Part shown: positions 12,282-25,727 of the stretch, one piece after another | Layout: each line of letters opens with the position of its first letter | Numbering within the stretch: the first letter of the stretch is position 1 | Origin: Balanoglossus misakiensis | Taxonomy: Eukaryota > Animalia > Hemichordata | Assembly (NCBI GenBank): GCA_040954595.2 | Contig: CM082590.2 | Location: 434,001 to 498,000 of the forward strand | Length of the DNA: 64,000 nucleotides | Direction of reading: 5' to 3' | Notes under the pieces: generated by a model | What the model was told of the DNA's origin: nothing | Database searches by the model: none | The model's input: only the letters and a program-made list of their open reading frames with translations | Made by a program: the position numbers and the translations under genes

Positions 12282-15200
12282 GTCTGTCCAAGATGGCGAC
12301 GTGGCAAGCTGCATTGTTATGCGTCTGTGTTTACGTCTCCTTCCTGAGTACATCATCCGTCGTAACTTCCGCCGATAACGCTGGAATGGTCCGTGAATGT
12401 GTTAACCTGGTCGCTAGACTAAAAGTTTTGAAGAGAGAAGCTCTCAGAAGCGGAAAAATCAGGTTGGATATTTCGAGGAGCACACTGTCAAAACCAGGCG
12501 TACCGAACAATACACAACATGGCAACCTGCTCGACACTTCCTTATGGGAGAAATACATGGACGCCAACAACCCAGAAGTATGGAATGAATTTGTGAGTAT
12601 GGAAGCAGCCTTTAGACTCTCAATAAGCACCAAACCAATCGAAGCAAAACCCGTCCTCTATCACCCCAACCCCGCTACATGGCTCAAAATTACGTCATTG
12701 CTGTCAAAAGTATTCTTTGTGGACGGTGTCTACCAGGACAAGCGGCCGAACGGTCAACCCTACAGCATTGAACTCCTAAAGTATGTCACACGAATTCTCA
12801 CGAAGTTCCCTGTCACAATTCCAGAAGAATTCATCAAAGACCAAAATGACCCTCAAGACAATAGAAAATCACTCCATGCTATTATCAATTATCTGCTTTC
12901 ATTTATTAAAACAAATGTCAAACCTTATTTCTCAAAAAAGCGAGCACGAACTGAGAACAATGATGAGGAAACAATTATGCAACGAGATGAGATCACACAC
13001 CTGTGGCAGACCAATCAAAAGAAAGCAATAGAAATCATCAACAACAATGGGAAAATACCAAAGTCTACAGTGTGCACAATAGATGTAAATGATGTTGAAC
13101 AACATTTCCATACCCGCTGTCAACGCACAATTAATGGAATATCTCACCCCCCCCCCTTGGGCAGACGAAGTGCCAAACTGTCACCCGGAATGGTCACCCT
13201 CAACCGATCTGTTTACCGAAGACGAGGTAAGAAAAGCAATAAAAAGTCTACCAATGAAAAGATCACCAGGTGCAGACGGCGTAACGTATGAGACTGTAAA
13301 GAAAAGCATGAACACACTTGCACCGGTATTCACGGCGATCTGTAATATTTGCCTCCGTCATCGTCGTGTTCCACCTGCTTGGAAGCACGGTGTTATCACA
13401 CTCGTTCCGAAAAAGAATGGCAAGCCAGAGAATATAGAAGATTGGCGACCAATTTCGCTGTTGTTAACATCATACGAACTGTTCATGAAACTTATCCAAT
13501 CACACCATATTGAATGGATTGTCGACACACAACGTCTGTCCCCTCGTCAAAAAGGATCCATGCCCAGAAATGGTCTCCAGGAACACGTACTCTGTCTGAA
13601 GAGTGCGATCAGTGACTTCCTTCACACAAGCTCTAAATTGTACATAGGTTTTGTCGATATCAAAGACGCGTTTGGAAGTATAGACCATGAGTTCATGATT
13701 AATTCATTGAAAGAAGCAGGATACCCAGATGTATATGTTGATTTAACCAGTGACATCTACAGTGGATCTACATTCCAGGTGAAAACAGCAGGTGCATACA
13801 CAAAACCAATTAAGCGAAACAAAGGCATTATTCAAGGATGCCCCTGGTCAGTGATAGCGTTTGAGCAAGGCATTGACAAATGGCTGCGTTGGATCGAGCA
13901 ACCTTACGACAATGTCCGAGCACCGAACCCCGTACAGGGCTACGTAGATGATGTAGATTTTGTTGCAACAACAGAGAATGAACTCCACGAACTAGCTTCA
14001 AAGACCGACTCATTCATGAATGAAAGTGGTATGGAAGTAAAACATCGAAAATGTGGCATCCTCCACGGACAGCGAACCGGCAACAACTGGAAAAAGAACG
14101 CACAGACCGAAAAGACAGTGGTATCGATCCAGAAAGCCCCCATACCGATGTATCAGCGTCACCAAACGTATACATATCTGGGCTACGATGTAAACATAGA
14201 AAATACAGCTGATAAAAAACAAGTGGACAAACTCATCACAGAACTCAAAGAAACACTGACAAAAATAGACGGTTCGCTTTTGCCAAGCTCGGCAAAGCTT
14301 TCTGCTGTTAATGTAATGTGTATGTCAAAACTTAACTTCTACTATCCCAATTTGATTTTTACAGAAAGAAATCTAAAAAACATCGAAGATGAAATTGTGA
14401 GTTATATACGACATTGGTTTAACTTGAACCAATCATCATCAAGATCCTTCTTTTTTACTCCAAAATCAGCTGGTGGAATGGGGTTAATTAACCCACGTAT
14501 CATGTATTATGCCAAACACCTGTCATTCTATTTATCAGTTATAAACAATGACGACCCCAATGTACGCCAGGCAGCAAGGCAATCACTTAATCTACATATG
14601 GAGAAACGGAAAGCTGTTTGCACAAGCAATGACTCCCCAAATTTTGCCGGATTTGCTCTCGATGACAATAATAACATCACAAAACAGTCAAAAATAAATT
14701 GGCCAAAGTCCATGTGGATAAATCTGCATGAAATGTGCAAACGTGAAGCCATCTCCATGTTTAGGAAAGGTGATAAGTATATTTATGAGATGTCACTCGA
14801 TGAAGAGGTATCAATAACATTTGATTCAGCTGAGAAGTTTTACACAATGTATAAACAAACCAGGTTGAAGCAATACGAGAAAGATCTTAAGGCAAAGTCC
14901 TCTCAGGGGAGAGTACTTAGAGAAGCGGGAAATGTTCTTCATTCAATTTCAGCTACGTATCTCAATAACCATAATATTGATGATAAGCTAAGATCATTTG
15001 TGGTGCGAGGCCGTTTACAGCTTTTACAATGTGAAAGCCTCATGTCCCTGTACTACCCGAGCAGTCGATCAAAATCATACAAAATCTGTAAGCATCCCTC
15101 CGAAACTGCATCCCATGTTTTAAACGGTTGCACTAAATTCCAGAAAATTTACCAGCAAAGACATAACATAATTGTTGATTTAATTTACGGAAAGATCGCT

Positions 15201-15785
15201 GGTTGTAACCCAAACATGATAATTGTCAAAGATACAGTGCTCACCCATAAGTTGTTCAAGGACAATGATGACTTTTCTTTCCGGCATCATCACAAAAGAC
15301 CAGACATAGTTGTTGTTGATAAAGAAAACATGCAGGCAACTTTAGTAGAAATCGCCATCCCCTTTGATGCACATATCTCAAAATGCTTTCAGGCTACATT
15401 CGACAAATATTACCCCCTTTCTCTCGAAATAAACGACATGGGATATCGCTCATTGGTTGTCGTGTTAATCGTCGGCAGTCTAGGTACAGTTCACCAAAAA
15501 TTCATTACAGGGCTTATCAAAACCGGGTTAAGTAGATATGACGCCAAATTTATGGCCAGGTATTGCAGTATAAGCTCCATAATAGGATCTAACAAAATTT
15601 GGAGAATGCGATGCCAGCAATACGACATATAAATTGCTGTTTTGTTTAGTGACAAGGTGTTGTAATGTGAAGGGACCATTTGATACGTTTCCTGCCATAT
15701 GCAATGTGTTTAACGATTGTTATGTAAATATTGCATTTATACATTCTTCTGGGTGTATTTGGAAATAAAAGAAGCTGATATGTAT
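12282..15785 (+). mobile_element. Non-LTR retrotransposon of the RLE group (R2/NeSL/HERO-like), near full length
   Basis: RT motifs SPGADG, WRPISLL, RQKGSMP, DIKDAFGSI, QGCPWS, YVDD, YTYLG; thumb GGMGL; zinc knuckle (Y)KIC...ETASHVLNGC; RHN; RPDIVV...EIAIP; AATAAA at about 15764. Confidence 0.93.
12293..15632 (+). pseudogene. RT-RLE polyprotein of about 1110 aa, split by a +1 frameshift in the C10 run at 13147-13156
   Basis: Removing one C joins ...INGISH to PPPWADEVP... No other frameshift or stop. The first knuckle Cys reads TAC (Tyr). The start codon is uncertain. Confidence 0.85.
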
Positions 15786-17806
15786 TGTGATGAAGTTTCT
15801 TATTTGTTTTGTTTCGTGGCCGGGTGCACCTATGTTGATTTCTTTAATTAACATATTAGCATGACCAGGTGTTAGTTTTAGTCGTATAAAAGCCACCCAG
15901 TGCCACGTTGTCGGGTGGCTCATTTTTATTCTGGTCTGGTAGCTGTGCCGTCGCCTTGTCGAGGAGTTTTTGGAGCCCACCGTACGGAGTGCCTGTCTAC
16001 TGTGGTAGCTGAGGATTGACACTGCCGAAGGGACTTGTGAAGTCGTGGTCAGACGCTGTACAAACGCAACGCGCATGCGCGAGTTAACCCAGAAGCGTAT
16101 GCAGCGTGATTCGAAAAGCTTTCTCTGTTGGAGCCAACAACTTGAGACTTCTGAGGAAGATACTGCAGCCATGGCAGGGTAGGGGGCTCACTTTTTATGG
16201 AAAAGTAACAATTATAAAATCCTTGGTCAATTCACAGTTTACTCATCTTTTCATGTCTCTACCATCTCCTGGTAATGACTTCTTTAAAAAGTATGAAACT
16301 TTAGTTTTCAATTTTTTGTGGGGTGGTAAGCGAGACAAGATTAAGAGGAATACCATCTACAATTCATATGTAAATGGGGGTCTCAATTTGACAAATTTGC
16401 CTGCCTTTAATTTGACGCTAAAGACAGCCTGGTTTTTGAGGATCATGTGCAACAATAGTTTATTTTGTAGTAAATGGTATAAATTTGTTCTTTCCAGTTT
16501 TGGTGGGCCCCAAGTGTATTATGCCAATTTAAAAAAAGATGATTTTCATATTTTGAACCCCATTAATTCTGTTTTCTTAAGACAAATTTATTCAGCATGG
16601 CTGCAGTATAATACCACTACAGTATCTGATAAAGACGATGTATGCCAAGAACTAATTTGCAATAATTCTGAGATACGAATTAGTGATAAGCCAATATTGT
16701 GGAATAACTTTTCAAGGAATGGTGTTATTTTTATTAATGATCTTATCGATGCTAATTGTAAGTTTTATAATTATGAGCAGTTTACTACAATATATGGTAA
16801 TATTTGTACACAATTTCAGTATAATCAATTATTATGTGCAATACCACTTGATTGGAAAAATATTGTACAGAATTCACACTCATCCAAACTACTGGTATGT
16901 AAGCCTAATTTTCGTAATCCCAATTGTTTGTCTGGTAAAAAACTCAATAGAGAGATGTACACTTTTTTTCTGAATTTACAAACACCTCAGGAGCTTTCTC
17001 CACACATAATACGTTATTGGTACGATGTATTTGATGAAGTATTTTCCTTAAAAACTGTGTTTTCGCTTCCTTTCAAATTAACAAATGATATTAAGCTTTG
17101 GAATTTTCAGTACAAACTAATAATGAAGATCTTGCCTTCAAACCGCATGCTTTACAAATGGCGAATAATTGACTCCCCACTTTGTATTTTTTGTAAAGAT
17201 GTCGTAGAGGATTATTACCATCTTTTTTGGGATTGTATTTATACTACTCAGTTTTGGATTTCAGTGAAAGAGTGGTTTTTTACTGTTACACTTAATACAC
17301 TAAGGTTAAGTGCAATGTATTGTATTCTGGGTAATATAGATGAGGGGGGTAGTCAACTTGCAAATTTCATTCTTTTGATTGGACGTTCTTATATTTTTAA
17401 ATGTAAAGTATCGAATGTTTTGCCAAACATGCTTCAGTTTAAATCATATGTGAAATCTATTTATAAAATAGAAGATAATGTAGCCACTACAAATGATAGA
17501 CAGGGGATACATCTAGAAAAATGGGGAGCTTTTGTCAACTTGTTCGTTGATTAGTGTTCTTTTTGTGGTTTCTTTCTTTTTCTTGTCTTTGTCGACTTTT
17601 TTGTTTTTGTCCTGTATTTTTGAAATGAAAAAAAAAAAATAAATAAAAAAAAAAAAAAAAAAAAAAAAAAACTTGAGACTTCTGGCCGTAATCATGAGGA
17701 GGAGAAACCAATAGTACAGAAAAAGAGTTAAAGGAGTTCGATGAATTGTCGTTTCGGACGGTTTAACTTGGTGAAGTATAAACGAAATGAGTGTTTACCA
17801 AATACA
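15786..17806 (+). mobile_element. Possible LTR interrupted by the Tx1/L1 insertion
   Basis: Starts TGTGATG; TATAAAA at about 15885; sequence resumes after 17684. The right boundary is uncertain and no TSD was found. Confidence 0.3.
16154..17669 (+). mobile_element. 5'-truncated Tx1/L1-clade LINE (ORF2 C-terminus open to 17554, 3' UTR, poly-A)
   Basis: WQGRGLTFYGKVTIIKSL, FLWGGKRDKIKR, GGLNL, CIFC...HLFWDC; poly-A tail; 15-bp TSD AACTTGAGACTTCTG at 16139-16153 and 17670-17684. Confidence 0.93.
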
Positions 17807-19845
17807 TGAGAAGTCGGCCAGTACACGCGTATGAGAAGTCGGCCAGTACGAGAAGTCGGCCAGTTGTTGAACTTGCACCCGAATAGTGCAGTAATGACCC
17901 AGATTACTAATAACGACACTTAATAAAATATAATTGCACTAAATATTTTCATTTGGGCGGATTTCCCACATTCTTGACGTCACAATGGCATCATTTCTAA
18001 TATTATGGTGTCTGGTACACCGGTCCGGTATCCGCGTAAAGGAGCTTAGGTTGTTTGCCAAATTCCTTCGACATTTCTGATTAAAGGGAGTTTCAAAGCC
18101 TACTAACATACATAGAAGATGTATGTGTATATTCATAGTTTCTGAGACAACACCAAACAGACAAACGCGACGAGGAACAGACTAGCGCAGCGCAGTAAGT
18201 GCAGGTGACTGATGTTGACGTACCCTGGTGACGTACATGCGAAGTGAACAGGCAGTTTTAAAATTCGTCGGCTATTTGTACAAATATCTCAACTCCTGTA
18301 CATCAAGGAAACATTTCGTATTGAAACCTGCATAAAAATTCACCTTCCTACCACTGCAGTAAACAATGCATATCTACCATAGACTCGACGGCACTGACCA
18401 CTACATAAATCTTGGTATTGAGACCGCGTACGTGGTGACAAGGCGCATATCATGGCCATCGTCAGGTTTGCCGTAGTACTGACTGGCTTACTTATGAGGA
18501 ATGATTTCAAATTTCCAACTTACAGCAATCTTGTAATGTTTCTAAGGACGCCGTCATGGTTAGTTCAAAATTCGCGCCGCGCTATCGTTATGTTAATTAC
18601 GTCAGTAAACGTGTGAAGTTCGCGGCAAGACTGACTTCCGCATCAAAACACGATCAAAATAATTCTAGTTCTACGTCCATGGTGGTACAGAAACAACTTT
18701 TTTTTGTTATTTTGTATAGCTATGTAGTAATTTAATATTATTAATAGCATTATCTGCTAATTTCACGTTCAGGTGGTTGCATCATCGGGGACGACGGCCT
18801 TGTGCAGTGTCTTGAATTTCGTCTCGGCAGTAATAACTATGCCAAACTGTTGCTAAATAAGGCATGACCAACTTCGGAAACATACTCAGGCAAGCGAAGA
18901 TTTTTCCGGGCAAAAGTATGGTTTTAAGTCAATTACTAAGCTTCAATTTGGAAAAGTTTTAGAACAAGCAACTTTAATTTGAAACCAGCAACTCTGTAAA
19001 ACTGGGGGTACATAACTGAAAAATGAAGGCTCCAAAACGGAGGGACAAATGTGCGTGATTTATTCCGTGCAGAAAATGTCTCGAAATAAACTATAAAAAT
19101 GTATTTAGTATGTTGTTATTCGTGTATATTAATCCCTATGTTTTTACTTTTGAAAGATTGACGGTTGAGTAACCCAAGCACCTCCAGTTTTGTTGATGCG
19201 CGCAGGAATCAAAGTCTCGACCACCCCTCCAGTGATAATCGACGAACCATTGTCAAAGAATGCGCACAACTATGCGCAATGCATTTGTACAGCGTCTTAG
19301 TCGTGGTGGACGTTTTCGAGGACGCCGCGTGGAATTTGGGAGCCGTCCTGAGGGAGCGCGTCTCCGTGTCACTGTGGAACTGCATTTGAGGTAATACGTG
19401 GCTGTCTGTGGACTACACGGTGGAACTGCATTTGAGGTAATACGTGGCTGTCTTTTGTACACTGGCGTTAAACGGACAGAAAGGCCAGAACTGTTGTGCG
19501 TCGGGTGAAAGTCCAGTATCGTCGGGCGTCGAGACGCTGAACTGTTTATGACACTTTGAACGTGTTAGGAATTTTGTTTTGGTCACCTGGTCACGCTCGA
19601 GTTTAGTTTGTAGTTTATTGTAAACATTAGTTAACCTATTGTGAATATTACTCGTATCTGCAATTAAATCAACACTGTAAATAGACTGGTTTGTTGTACG
19701 TGTGTTGTCTTTGACCATTTCTTTGGTTGGTTCAGGTGTAAAACAAGCCACCCGGTCAGGTAAATTGGCCTCTCTATCCTCCGCATATTTTTGGCTTGGA
19801 CGGCCTGCGGGTCGTAACAAATTGGGGGCTTGTCCGGGGTCGAAC

Positions 19846-22800
19846 ACTTATGCAGTACAAAGGTCACCTTCAAGGTCAAAGACGTGCAGATGGATGCAGA
19901 GATCTTTGTAACCAAGCAACAAAATAACCCAATACTTGGTTTACGCAGTCACAGGCTTAGGTCTTATACAGAGAGGTGAAAACTCAAGCCTATATGTCAA
20001 CCAGATATCATCTGGAAGCCACAAATACGTCACCAAACAACAAATCAAACGTGACTAAAAATCAGTTTTTGATGAAAAACTTGGTAAATATCCTGGACAG
20101 TAGAGAATCAGACTGACCGATGATGCTGAGCCGAAGATAAACGCTTCAAGGCGAATACCTCACAAAAACAGAAGTCAACTCAAACAAAAGCTTGCAGAAA
20201 TGAAACAGCAAGACGTCATAGAAGAAGTTGACCACCCTACAGACTGGGTAAACAGCACAGTAATAGTATGCACAGAAAAGGAGGATGGTAGTCTCCAACT
20301 TTGTCTGGATCCTAGAGAGCTGAACAAATACATAAAGCGTGAGCACTACATGATACCGACCTTCCAAGAAATCATTGCGAAGCTGGGCAAGCCAAAATTC
20401 TCCACGACTTTCGATCAGTCATGGGCCTTTTGGCAGGTAGAGCTTGATGAAGACTCAAGAGACCTAACCACATCCGCAGATATCAATTCAAGCGAATGCC
20501 TTTTGGTATTTAATTCCAGTGTGACGGAAGTCCTGCAAAAAAAGGGTTTCCAGGTATTTGGCGACATTGAAAATGTCCACATAATAGCCGATGACATGCT
20601 TTTAGCAACCGAGACTGAGCAAGACCATGATGAAGCACTCATCTAAGTACTGGAACGAGCACAAGAAAATGGAGTAAAGTTCAACACTGGAAAGATACAG
20701 TTCAAGAAAGATGAAGTGGTGTACCATGGCATGAAAATATCTGCAAATGGAATACAGCCTGATGAAAGCAAGATCAGAGCCATTAAAGATATGCCTGAAC
20801 CACAAAACATTTTTTTTTTTTAACAACCAGGAGTTGCAGTGATTCCTGGGAATGATCAACTACCTGTCTGCCTTCATCCCGCTCACAGAGCCACAGAGAC
20901 AGCTTGTGAAGGATGGAGTACCCTGGGTATAGGGAAAGCAGCAAGGAAAAGCCGTTGCAAGGATAAAGAAAATCCTCAGTTACAACGCAGTGTTGAAATT
21001 CTTCGATGAACAAAAACCCCTCACAATACAAGCAGATGCCAGCCAGAGTGGTTTAGGAGCCTGTCTTCGTCAAGATGGCCGACCTATTTCATACACATCC
21101 AGATCACTCACCGAAAACGATCAGTGTTACGCTCAGATTGAAAAAGAGCTGCTGGCAATTGTGTTTGCCGCGACGAAGTTTCATCATTACTTATACGGCG
21201 TAGAAGTGACAGTGAATTCTGATCACAGACCCCTTGAGGCAATTCAGAAGAAAGACTTACACAAAGTCTCTCCCAGATTGCAACTCATGCTGCTGAAGCT
21301 GTTGAGATATAAACTCAATATCATGTATACAAACCAGGAAGTCTGATGTACATAGCTGATGCATTCAGCAGAGCCTACATCAGTGACAAGCCACAGCAAG
21401 ATGAATCACTAGACATGCATGTGCATTTGGTGATGACGTACTATTCAGCATCTCCAAAGAAGATTGACAAATACAAATCAACCACACAACAAGATGAGAC
21501 ATCACAACTCATCAAGCAGTATCAACAGAAGGGACTTCTCGCAAGAGACAAGCTATCACCTACACTGCGTCCATACTATGATCTTCGAGATGAAATATAC
21601 AAAGAAGATGATTTACTCTTCCTGTTGAACTGACTGATCATCCCAAGAGAGCGTGAGTTTGCATTTGAGAAACTGCATGCTGGACACCAAGGAATCGAAA
21701 AATCAAAGATTCTAGCCAAAGATTCTAGCCAGAGAAATACTGTATTAGCCGCGAATGTAAAAGGATATTGAAGATATGATATCCAGCTGCAAAGTATGTC
21801 AGAAATACCAGCGAAAAACAGAAGAGAGCATATTCCACAGCATGATGTCCCTGATGGACCACGGCAGAAATTAGGTGCAGACATCTTCACGTTTACTGGA
21901 AAGGACCATGTGATCCTCGTCGACTACTTTTCCAAGTATCCAGAAATGGCCAGGCTATACAGAAAAACAGCCAGTTCAGTAATACAAGCCATGAAGATAA
22001 TCTTTGCTCGCCATGGAATCCCAGAAACCATCATAGGTGACAACATGCCGTTTGGTGCAGCTGAGTTCAAAGAATATCCACACAGGAGAACCAAGCCAAA
22101 TACTACAACAGAGGTAAAGTAGACATACCTCACTTCAAAGAAGGAGAATCAGTCAGTACATGTGAAAGTAGATCTACATGACAGAGATTGGATGCCAGTC
22201 ATTGTCAACAAGAATTATTCCACACCCAGAAGCTACATAGTCACCACCAGCAGAGGCCGAAGGATCCACCGCAACAAGCAGATGCTGAATAGAGCCGCTC
22301 AGAAGACAACAATCGGCCCACTATATCCAGACATCAAATCTGATACTTCAGAGCCAGCTGATACTTCAGCAAGACACACAGAACAGCCATTTGAGAAAAC
22401 CACCAACTGCAGTTCTGAAGCCAGCCGAGAAACAAGATCGTCTAAGCGAATTAGCAGACCACCCACATGGCACTAGGACTATATCATGTCAACCATCAGC
22501 GTCCAGAGGGAAACAGCTGGAAGAAGGGGTGTGATGAAATGTGTTTTATTAACTCTGTGTTAACAACTGTAAAACACTTTATTTTTGTGAGTTAAATTTT
22601 TCGCGATATCGAGAGAGGCCGCTGTTTTGCGAGTATTAATTTTCGCGTTCTCTTATTTCATTCACTGCATCGTTATCTTCAAAAACAATTTACGCAACAT
22701 TTTATTTTCACTCTATTTTGGCTCACGCGTATTTCGCGAAAATTAATTGCTCGCGAAAATAAAGTGTATTACAGTATATAGAGACACTGACATTATAGCA

Positions 22801-22910
22801 ACTCTCCCATGAGAGCGCCCTCAATAGTACATATTGTTTATTCTCTTGTTAAACTCTGTTATTAATACCAAATTGTGCTGCCATTACTATTAAAACTCAG
22901 CAATGTTACA
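19846..22910 (+). mobile_element. Decayed Ty3/Gypsy (Mag/K02A2.6-like) pol with PPT and 3' LTR
   Basis: RT (DWVNSTV, LCLDPRELNKYIKREHY, IIADDML), RNase H (QADASQSGLGA, YAQIEKELLAIVFA), integrase (HAGHQG, GADIF, VDYFSKYPE); many stops and frameshifts; PPT GGAAGAAGGGG then TGTGATG at 22529; LTR carries a small MITE at about 22568-22794. Confidence 0.9.
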
Positions 22911-23193
22911 CATCGTTAGTGTATTTACTCGCCCATCACACACAGATAACATGTTGTCTGATATTTTGATCTTTACGGCCCTGATACGGGTTTTTCGGCT
23001 CGAGGTTGTACGGCGGAAGCGCCTGACTGCAGGGAGGGCGCGAATTGTTGTTTGACAGGCAACGTTACACATCGTTGTCTGTGTATTTACTCGCCCATCA
23101 CACAGATAACATGTTGTCTGATATTTTGATCTTTACGGCCCTGATACGGGTTTTTCGGCTCAAGGTTGTACGGCGGAAGCACCTGACTGCAGG

Positions 23194-24456
23194 CCCTTAC
23201 GAAAAAATAAGGCTTCTGGCGAACAGTTGTGGTAAACTTACCGCAACTTTGCAGCACATATACCGCAACTGTTTGCGGCGCACGCGCGGCTAATGCATAT
23301 TTTCGCATGCAAATGAGCTGTTGCGGCGAACAGTTGCGGTAAACATACCGCAACTTTGTGCGTTTGCGGCGTATATGCCGCAAATTATGACCTCTTGTTA
23401 ATACATGTAATTAATCCCTACTGTGGCCCCTTCTTAGCTACCAGCCACCCGTGAAAAGAATTGCCAATCTATCCACACTGTTCTGAAGTTTGCATACTTC
23501 ACAGTACAATGTACATGTATCTTGGTTCAGCAAATCTTAATTCTCATGTGAATTTGGTGTGTCATATTCATACATGTACTTCCCATAAGGAGAGTTATCC
23601 TAAGTATATTCAATAGGCTTAGACAAAACATCCTTTCTTTGTTAAATTGTGACCCTCATTGTTTATTTCAACAGCAGGCATTATTTTATAGTTATCTCAA
23701 GTGATTCAACTACCACAGAAACCAACAAAATTTAGAAAACTCACCCAGCTGTGTACATGTCATTGCAATGTTCTTGTCTCAAGTGTCCTCTTACTGGTAT
23801 AAATTGTCTTGGATCAACACCAGAGTTTTTCTTTTGCAGACACTTTTCCATTTAGTCTGACTTTTAGTACAAGATTATGACATCATCCTCAGGAATTGTT
23901 CAAACTACTGACCTCTGGTAATGCACAAATATCGCTACCACAGTATTCAAGTGAAGCTGCTTCCAGCTGTATGGATTGGTGACATCAAATTCATGGTTTT
24001 TGATGGGCACAGTGACTACAGTGTAACCTTACACAATCAAAATGTCCGCCTAAATGAAACCAGCCTCATTCTCGTTTCTGCACATGTCACCAAAAAGTAA
24101 TTATAACCAGCTGCATATTCAAACTCTGTTTACTAGAACGTTCTGGCATATATACCGCAACCGTGCCGCAACAGACTCCACTGATCACCAGATAATATCA
24201 AACTCCCTGTTTACTTTACTTTTGCGGCATATGCGCCGCAAAAGGCTCCACTGATCACCAGTAGTACAAGACACTCTTTGTTTACTTAAATGTTGCGGCA
24301 TACGTGCCGCAAAAGTCTTGACTGATCGCCAGAAGTGTGCCGGTACTGGCGATCATCGGCGATTAGTCGCCACAAAGTTGCGGTCAGAAATTTGCGTGCC
24401 GCACATGTGCCGCAACTTCGCCGCATGTTTGCCGCAAGAAAACAACTTCGTAAGGG
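23194..24456. mobile_element. CMC/EnSpm-like non-autonomous element
   Basis: TIR CCCTTACGAA/TTCGTAAGGG; 2-bp TSD GG deduced from the satellite unit; many subterminal TGCCGCA/TGCGGCA repeats. Confidence 0.75.
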
Positions 24457-25727
24457 GGGAGGGCGCGAATTGTTGTTTGACAGGCAACGTTACACATCGT
24501 TGTCTGTGTATTTACTCGCCCATCACACAGATAACATGTTGTCTGATATTTTGATCTTTACGGCCCTGATACGGGTTTTTCGGCTCGAGGTTGTACGGCG
24601 GAAGCGTCTGACTGCAGGGAGGGCGCGAATTGTTGTTTGACCGGCAACGTTACACATCGTTGTCTGTGTATTTACTCGCCCATCACACAGATAACATGTT
24701 GTCTGATATTTTGATCTTTACGGCCCTGATACGGGTTTTTCGGCTCGAGGTTGTACGGCGGAAGCGCCTGACTGCAGGGAGGGCGCGAATTGTTGTTTGA
24801 CAGGCAACGTTACACATCGTTGTCTGTGTATTTACTCGCCCATCACACAGATAACATGTTGTCTGATATTTTGATCTTTACGGCCCTGATACGGGTTTTT
24901 CGGCTCGAGGTTGTACGGCGGAAGCGTCTGACTGCAGGGAGGGCGCGAATTGTTGTTTGACCGGCAACGTTACACATCGTTGTCTGTGTATTTACTCGCC
25001 CATCACACAGATAACATGTTGTCTGATATTTTGATCTTTACGGCCCTGATACGGGTTTTTCGGCTCAAGGTTGTACGGCGGAAGCACCTGACTGCAGGGA
25101 GGGCGCGAATTGTTGTTTGACCGGCAACATTACATATCGTTGTCTGTGTATTTACTCGCCCATCACACAGATAACATGTTGTCTGATATTTTGATCTTTA
25201 CGGCCCTGATATGGGTTTTTCGGCTCGAGGTCGTTTGGCGGAAGCGCCTGACTGCAGGGAGGGCGCGAATTGTCGTTTGACCGGCAACGTTACACATCGT
25301 TGTCTGTGTATTTACTTGCCCATCACACTGATAACATGTTGTCTGATATTTTGATCTTTATGGCCCTGATACGGGTTTTTTGGCTCGAGGTTGTACGGCG
25401 GAAGCGCCTGACTGCAGGGAGGGCGCGAATTGTCGTTTGACCGGCAACGTTACACATCCTGGTCTGTGTATTTACTCGCCCATCACACAGATAACATGTT
25501 GTCTGATATTTTGATCTTTACGACCCTGATACAGGTTTTTCGGCTCGAGGTCGTACGGCAGAAGCGCCTGACTGCAGGGAGGGCGCGAATTGTTGTTTGA
25601 CCGGCAACGTTACACATCCTGGTCTGTGTATTTACTCGCCCATCACACAGATAACATGTTGTCTGATATTTTGATCTTTACGGCCCTGATACGGGTTTTT
25701 CGGCTCGAGGTCGTACGGCAGAAGCGC

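Noticed and set aside
8695-12378. Many ORFs with MYVC/HTYI repeats
   Set aside because: Artefacts of stop-free (TATG)n microsatellites.
13147-13156. Programmed ribosomal frameshift in the RLE element
   Set aside because: RLE elements normally have one ORF, and the break is in a C homopolymer, so slippage mutation or sequencing error is more likely.
19100-19845. BEL/Pao-type LTR ending GTCGAACA, with a direct repeat at about 19374-19453
   Set aside because: No matching left boundary or TSD could be found.
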